DNA of 32,000 nucleotides. It comes from Candidatus Nanosynbacter sp. BB002 (GTDB lineage Bacteria; Patescibacteriota; Saccharimonadia; Saccharimonadales; Saccharimonadaceae). The stretch spans positions 540,001-572,000 of the forward strand of contig NZ_CP146064.1 of NCBI RefSeq assembly GCF_037013405.1. The letters are read 5' to 3'. The position numbers were made by a program, and so were the translations under genes. This document shows, in pieces, positions 27,777-32,000 of this stretch (within the stretch, counting starts at the first letter, position 1; each line of letters starts with the position of its first letter). The notes under the pieces are model-generated. The model had not been told where the DNA came from and searched no databases. It saw nothing but the letters and a program-made list of their open reading frames with translations.

Positions 27777-29582
27777 CTATGGCGTTTTGTAAACTGAATC
27801 TTGGCGAACTGTCCAGTAAATCACGTCAGCAAATCGATCGGTTGGTGAGACTAGCCGAGTATTTTGCGTGACAGCCTGAACTGATGGCAGTTTGATGTAT
27901 TCAACTGTTGGACGATACAGTGGCAGTGACGCAGCCGATGCTTGCCAGCGTCGTACGAATGATTGATAATAATCCGCGCGCTGTTTTGGAGAACGCTTAC
28001 CACGGCCGCCGACTAATGCGTCATCTGAAATGGCGTCATTATAGTTTGCAAAATTCAAACCTCGTTGATCGCGTTGGTCTTGTGACGAGTGCCAATACGC
28101 ATAGACGTCTGGGTCACCGCCAAGCACCAACTCATATATCAAGACGTCAAAATTACGCGGCTGCAACACCGACCTGAGAACATCCTGATTAGCATCTGTT
28201 GCATCAACAATCTTGACTTCCACCTCAGCATTGAGCTCATTTCGCCATGTCTCAGCCAACGAATTGGCTGCATTTTCATATTTAGAACCCTGCAAGGAAA
28301 CAACTGACAGCTTCAGTGACTGGTCACCCTTTTTGCGCACACCGCCAGACACCGTCCAACCTTCTGTATCCAGTAGCTTTTTAGCTGCTTCTACATCACG
28401 GGTTAACGGCCTTTCCAGCTCTGCTTCAGTGTGTTCCGGCAAAACTGGTCCTGTTAATTCGCCTGTTTTTTGTGGCATCTTTTTGCGAAGCGCGGTGATG
28501 TCGACTGACTGTACCAAAGCTTTGCGAATGGATGGAGACTGGAGAATCGGACTCTTGCTATTGAATAATGCGTACACCCCGTTGTGGGTTTCATAAGCCT
28601 TCATCTCATACATTTTTTTGACGTTTTCTGGCTGAGAAGCATAGGTCAGCTCTGGCGTGGCCATGATTTCACTAGTTCTCAAGCCCTTTGTGATCTCATC
28701 CAGTGAGGCATATGCGTACAGCTGGAAACGGTCTAGCTTTGGCTTACCAAAGTGATATGCTTCATTTGCCGTCATATGCACAGCTTTTCTGCCACTTTCC
28801 CGGTTATCTGTCTGCAAGAGTCGGAATTTGAATGGTCCGCTCGTGACCGGTGAGCGTCCAAACGAGTGGTCGCGCAGAGTAGCTGGCGCTACATGTTCCA
28901 ATACGTGTTTTGGAACAACTGGAAACGTCAATGTATGCAAAAATGGCGCATAGGTGGATGGTGTTACAAATGTTACAGTATTGTCGGCAGTTTTCCGAAC
29001 TTTGATGGATGCCCAACCGTCAGTTGAAGCGCCAACCTTGGAGTTTTTTAGAAGATTAACCGTAAATATGACATCATCGACCGTCAATGAGTGGCCATCA
29101 GACCAGCGAAGATTATCTTTCAGAGTGATCGTATATTCAGTCTCGGTGCCGTTGATGGCGATTGATTTTGCTAAATCCCCCTTGAGGTGTCCAGTATTGT
29201 CGTATTGGTAGAGGCTGGCAAACATTAGCCTCGCAGCAGACCGTTCTGCATTAGAACGCGCAAACAAGGGGTTGAGGGTTTCCAGCGATCCTAAAACTCC
29301 CTCTGAATATGTGCCACCTTCCTGAGGTGCATCCTTCGTGTAGGCTGCACGAAAAATAGTCCATTGCCCTGCACTCAGGCCAACCAATATCATCAATAGT
29401 ACTGCCCAGCCGATAACTTCTCGGCGGACTTCTGTCAATCTGTCGAGACGGGATGTTACAAACTTATGTGCGTGCTTGATGACGCCCTTTTCGATCTTCA
29501 CAGCTCGACGATTTAAGTTTTTTCCAGAAGCGCTCATTTTTTGGAACCGCTTCCAAGACGGCTTGCCTCCAGCCTCTGTCAT
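27777..29582 (-). CDS. ABC transporter substrate-binding protein, family 5 (peptide/nickel type), TM-anchored
   Basis: 601 aa. Basic N-terminal cytoplasmic segment, one TM helix (VIGWAVLLMILVGLSAG), then the SBP_bac_5 pattern (LRWSDGHSLTVDDVIFTVN...). No permease or ATPase genes are adjacent. The start could instead be Met16. Confidence 0.75.
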   Translation of the reverse strand: MTEAGGKPSWKRFQKMSASGKNLNRRAVKIEKGVIKHAHKFVTSRLDRLTEVRREVIGWAVLLMILVGLSAGQWTIFRAAYTKDAPQEGGTYSEGVLGSLETLNPLFARSNAERSAARLMFASLYQYDNTGHLKGDLAKSIAINGTETEYTITLKDNLRWSDGHSLTVDDVIFTVNLLKNSKVGASTDGWASIKVRKTADNTVTFVTPSTYAPFLHTLTFPVVPKHVLEHVAPATLRDHSFGRSPVTSGPFKFRLLQTDNRESGRKAVHMTANEAYHFGKPKLDRFQLYAYASLDEITKGLRTSEIMATPELTYASQPENVKKMYEMKAYETHNGVYALFNSKSPILQSPSIRKALVQSVDITALRKKMPQKTGELTGPVLPEHTEAELERPLTRDVEAAKKLLDTEGWTVSGGVRKKGDQSLKLSVVSLQGSKYENAANSLAETWRNELNAEVEVKIVDATDANQDVLRSVLQPRNFDVLIYELVLGGDPDVYAYWHSSQDQRDQRGLNFANYNDAISDDALVGGRGKRSPKQRADYYQSFVRRWQASAASLPLYRPTVEYIKLPSVQAVTQNTRLVSPTDRFADVIYWTVRQDSVYKTP

Positions 29583-29591
29583 GACGACAAC

Positions 29592-29828
29592 CTAGCCTTT
29601 AAGCCCCGGCAAGACCAAACTAGCCAAGATTGATAGCACAAAAACTACAGCCAGAACGATGGTAACGTCAAACAAGTTCTTATCAAAACCACGACGTGTC
29701 GTAAACAGTTCACCAGAAGATCCAAACCCTGCACCAAGTGAGGCGCCACGTTGTTGTAGCAAAATTGTAATAATCATCAAAAATGCTGATCCTAATGTGA
29801 TATATGGTAAAAGTTGTTCCAAATTCAT
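29592..29828 (-). CDS. secG: preprotein translocase subunit SecG
   Basis: 78 aa with two TM helices flanking the Gly-rich loop LLQQRGASLGAGFGSSGELFTTRRG. GGAGAG Shine-Dalgarno lies within the end of the upstream gene. Confidence 0.8.
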   Translation of the reverse strand: MNLEQLLPYITLGSAFLMIITILLQQRGASLGAGFGSSGELFTTRRGFDKNLFDVTIVLAVVFVLSILASLVLPGLKG

Positions 29829-30206
29829 CTAACTCTCCTGTTCTTTTTGCGCAGTTCGTAAATCAACCACACTACTTACTATATAGTTTACCAAACTAAG
29901 GATGATACCGGCAATAATTGCGTCGCCAAACGTGATGGAAACGTTTGGAGCCAGCACAATAGCGAGGTAGACCATGAGACCATTGATAATCAACGTAAAT
30001 AGGCCAAGGGTCAACAGAATTGCTGGCAGCGACAAGATGATAATGATCGGTTTGAGCATACTGTTGATGACGGAAAATATCAAACCAGCTAGCAGAAACG
30101 TCAACAAGCCACCATCCGACATGGTGCCTAAAAGTCGCAACGATATCCAGATGCCAAATGAGTTCATGGCCCATCTGAATAAAAATACAAAAAATTGCCG
30201 TTTCAT
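29829..30206 (-). CDS. YvlD/DUF360 membrane protein (Pfam Phage_holin_4_2 family)
   Basis: About 125 aa with 4 TM helices. The pattern FLFRWAMNSFGIWISLRLL...LLAGLIFSVINSMLKPIIIILSLPAILLTLGLFTLIINGLMVYL is typical of chromosomal YvlD-like proteins. The track start is GTG 30209; the ATG is at 30206. Confidence 0.65.
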   Translation of the reverse strand: MKRQFFVFLFRWAMNSFGIWISLRLLGTMSDGGLLTFLLAGLIFSVINSMLKPIIIILSLPAILLTLGLFTLIINGLMVYLAIVLAPNVSITFGDAIIAGIILSLVNYIVSSVVDLRTAQKEQES

Positions 30207-30259
30207 CACACTGCTACTTATTATAATAATCTGTTCGCATTTTCACAAGAGCTCGGCTG

Positions 30260-30610
30260 TCAGGAACAACCACCGTCACTCACGTCTGAGCTCTTACTAG
30301 TGATGTGCATTTTTTGAGAACCACGTGTCGCCTCAATACAGAACTCTTTCCCATCAGCACCCTGGATGTATACATGAACGGGGCCACCGTTATAATTTGG
30401 TATTGATGCGCCAGCGGGTAGTGTTGGATAGGCATTGTGAAAATTGCGGTATTGCTCCATAGCCTGCGCTGCACTTTTGAGGTCAGCCGTGATAGCATCG
30501 CGCAATGACTTCTGGCGCCAATTGCCGTAGCTGATAATTCCGATAGTGGTCAAAATGGCTATGACTGATATCATAACAAGCACTTCTATAATAGTAAAAC
30601 CGCGTTTCAT
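30260..30610 (-). CDS. type IV pilin / prepilin-type N-terminal cleavage-methylation domain protein
   Basis: I prefer ATG 30610, giving MKRG|FTIIEVLVMISVIAILTTIGIISY: a class III signal peptide with Gly-1 and Glu+5. A C-terminal Cys pair (FCIEA...GGCS) fits a D-region disulfide. The track start 30628 adds 6 residues. Confidence 0.85.
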   Translation of the reverse strand: MKRGFTIIEVLVMISVIAILTTIGIISYGNWRQKSLRDAITADLKSAAQAMEQYRNFHNAYPTLPAGASIPNYNGGPVHVYIQGADGKEFCIEATRGSQKMHITSKSSDVSDGGCS

Positions 30611-30616
30611 ATTGTT

Positions 30617-30625
30617 AGTATAGCA
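30617..30625 (-). promoter_or_regulatory. extended -10 (TGCTATACT), 6 nt before ATG 30610 (pilin); leaderless candidate
   Basis: Minus strand reads cttgTGCTATACTaacaatATGAAACGC. Confidence 0.5.
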
Positions 30626-30633
30626 CAAGCGTT

Positions 30634-32000
30634 TTAGTTATTGGTACGCTGTGCCGTAATATATTTGTGGACGATTTGAGCACGCGACTGGCCAATCACC
30701 GACGCTAGGTCATCTTCTGTGGCACTGACAACATTACGGAAGCTACCAAATTTTTTCAGCAATTTAGCGCGAGTTTTTGGCCCAATGCCAGGAATTTCCT
30801 CTAGCTGATTTTTCGTTTGCTGCTGACGCTTCAGCGCCGTGTGATAACTCACGGCAAAGCGGTGCGACTCGTCACGGATGCGCTGAAACAGTTTGACGAT
30901 GTCAGTTGTCGCAAGGGTATTCTCGTCCGCCGTCGGGCGTTCGTTGCGAGTTTGCTCCATGCTAGCTCGTAAGTTTTTTGAGTGCGAACTGGCGTTACGC
31001 TGGCCTGGGTGTAAATTCACCACATAAACCTCACCGTCTTCATGGATAGCGATGTCCGCCCGCGGCTGCGACTGAGCCTGCTCAATAAACGTGGTATCAA
31101 TCTGCGAACCAGTCTTGTGCACTAATAATTCTTCCTCGCGCTTGACGATGCTGATGATCGGCACAGTGACGCCACGCTCATCACGCGCTTTGATAGCCGC
31201 CGCTAGCTGGCCTTTGCCGCCATCAATCAGCAGCAGATCAGGACGACCCCAGCTTTTTAGATGACGCTCACTCAGCCGGCGAAAAATCGTCTGATAGATA
31301 TTGCCGGTATCATCATTTCTCTCGCTAACTTTGAATTTGCGGTACTCTGCCCGGTCGCTCGCGCCATTGGTAAATACCACCATACTGGCGACAACTTGCT
31401 GGCCGCTCATATGCGAAATGTCATAGCCCTCGATGCGTGCTGGGATACCGTTTAGGCTCAACAATTTTGCCAAATCAGCCAGCGCCTTGTCTTTAGAAAT
31501 ATCCAAAAATTCTTTGTCGCCAAAACAAACCCGCCGCTGCAACTCCTGCATGGCGCGTAGCTTATTGCGAAGATCAGCCGCCCGCTCAAAATCATGCAGC
31601 CCAGCTGCCGTTTTCATGTCGCGCTCCAGCTCAGCAGCGATGGCTTTACGATTACCCTTGATGTAGCTGATGAGTTTGCGTAAATTAGTTTTGTAGATAG
31701 CCGATCCATCACTCAGTCGCGGGCTCAAACCTAAATCTTCATCCAACTTCGACTGCCCCGGACGGCGCTGCCTAGTTAAATAGGGAAACACCCGCCGCAA
31801 ATATCGCAAGGCTTTTTTCAAAGCAAAGCCATTATAAAACGGGCCAATGTATTCCGCACTGTCATCAGCTGGATTACGCGTAAAGCTGACGGTCGGCCAC
31901 TCACTTTTCATGTCGATTCGCACATACATCTGCGATTTATCATCGCGTAGCAGTACGTTGTATCGCGGCATATAGCGCTTGACCATCTCGCTTTCCAGAA
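30634..32000 (-). CDS. uvrC: excinuclease ABC subunit C (partial; 5' end beyond the right window edge)
   Basis: The frame stays open upstream of the track start 31986 (...LESEMVKRYMPRYNVLLRDDKS is the end of the GIY-YIG domain). A UVR domain (DFERAADLRNKLRAMQ), the RNase H-like endonuclease domain and a C-terminal HhH2 (IPGIGPKTRAKLLKKFGS) are all present. Confidence 0.9.
   Translation of the reverse strand, partial: LESEMVKRYMPRYNVLLRDDKSQMYVRIDMKSEWPTVSFTRNPADDSAEYIGPFYNGFALKKALRYLRRVFPYLTRQRRPGQSKLDEDLGLSPRLSDGSAIYKTNLRKLISYIKGNRKAIAAELERDMKTAAGLHDFERAADLRNKLRAMQELQRRVCFGDKEFLDISKDKALADLAKLLSLNGIPARIEGYDISHMSGQQVVASMVVFTNGASDRAEYRKFKVSERNDDTGNIYQTIFRRLSERHLKSWGRPDLLLIDGGKGQLAAAIKARDERGVTVPIISIVKREEELLVHKTGSQIDTTFIEQAQSQPRADIAIHEDGEVYVVNLHPGQRNASSHSKNLRASMEQTRNERPTADENTLATTDIVKLFQRIRDESHRFAVSYHTALKRQQQTKNQLEEIPGIGPKTRAKLLKKFGSFRNVVSATEDDLASVIGQSRAQIVHKYITAQRTNN

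Noticed and set aside
26672-27777. The tRNA-flanked block as an integrated mobile element.
   Set aside because: I found no integrase, recombinase or transposase gene. By eye I found no duplicated tRNA 3' segment or direct repeats flanking the block. The two tRNA-Leu genes share only their conserved D-arm region.
29829-30209. The 'phage holin' family protein as evidence of a prophage.
   Set aside because: YvlD/DUF360 (Phage_holin_4_2) proteins are widespread chromosomal membrane proteins. No other phage genes are present, and this gene is translationally coupled to secG.
1-32000. CRISPR arrays, rRNA genes, IS elements, toxin-antitoxin pairs or recognisable defence systems.
   Set aside because: I saw no direct-repeat/spacer periodicity. 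No ORF shows transposase, integrase, Cas, restriction-modification or abortive-infection hallmarks. All larger ORFs are accounted for by housekeeping or membrane proteins.

Overview
This window is gene-dense bacterial chromosomal backbone. I call 37 protein genes and 4 tRNAs, and 35 of the 41 lie on the minus strand.

**Content.** Most genes are housekeeping:
- Translation and RNA: pheS, leuS, trmD, rnc, nusB, a KhpA-like KH protein, rpmF (missed by the ORF track), and tRNA-Gln, tRNA-Cys and two tRNA-Leu.
- DNA repair: ligA, uvrC (partial), rmuC.
- Envelope: a MurF-like Mur ligase, a PAP2 phosphatase, a GT2 glycosyltransferase, secG, lemA-htpX, a family-5 solute-binding protein, a type IV pilin and a MIP channel.
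- Nucleotide hydrolases: HIT, Nudix, an ITPase/Ham1 enzyme and a MazG-like protein.
- Several uncharacterised membrane or exported proteins.

I see no CRISPR array, transposase, integrase, rRNA or recognisable defence system, and I cannot point to a multi-gene novel system with confidence.

**Findings most worth a second look:**
1. About 113 codons of strikingly AT-rich sequence are inserted in frame into leuS. They read like an ASCH/PUA-like domain and sit just before the editing domain.
2. Twelve transcription-unit-first genes have a -10 box (nine of them TGn-extended) only 6-7 nt before the ATG and no Shine-Dalgarno. That implies leaderless mRNAs. Other genes, many of them internal to operons, have strong AAGGAGG sites.
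3. A divergent MIP channel has lost the selectivity-filter Arg (its second motif is NPAV) and carries a Lys-rich N-terminal tail.
4. A MazG-like::DUF1653 fusion is tightly coupled to an ITPase, a GT2 and a 7-TM protein.
5. Low-GC single-gene plus-strand cassettes interrupt conserved minus-strand clusters.

**Lineage.** The gene content fits a reduced-genome, monoderm-type lineage such as Saccharibacteria/Patescibacteria. That is an inference I cannot verify here.
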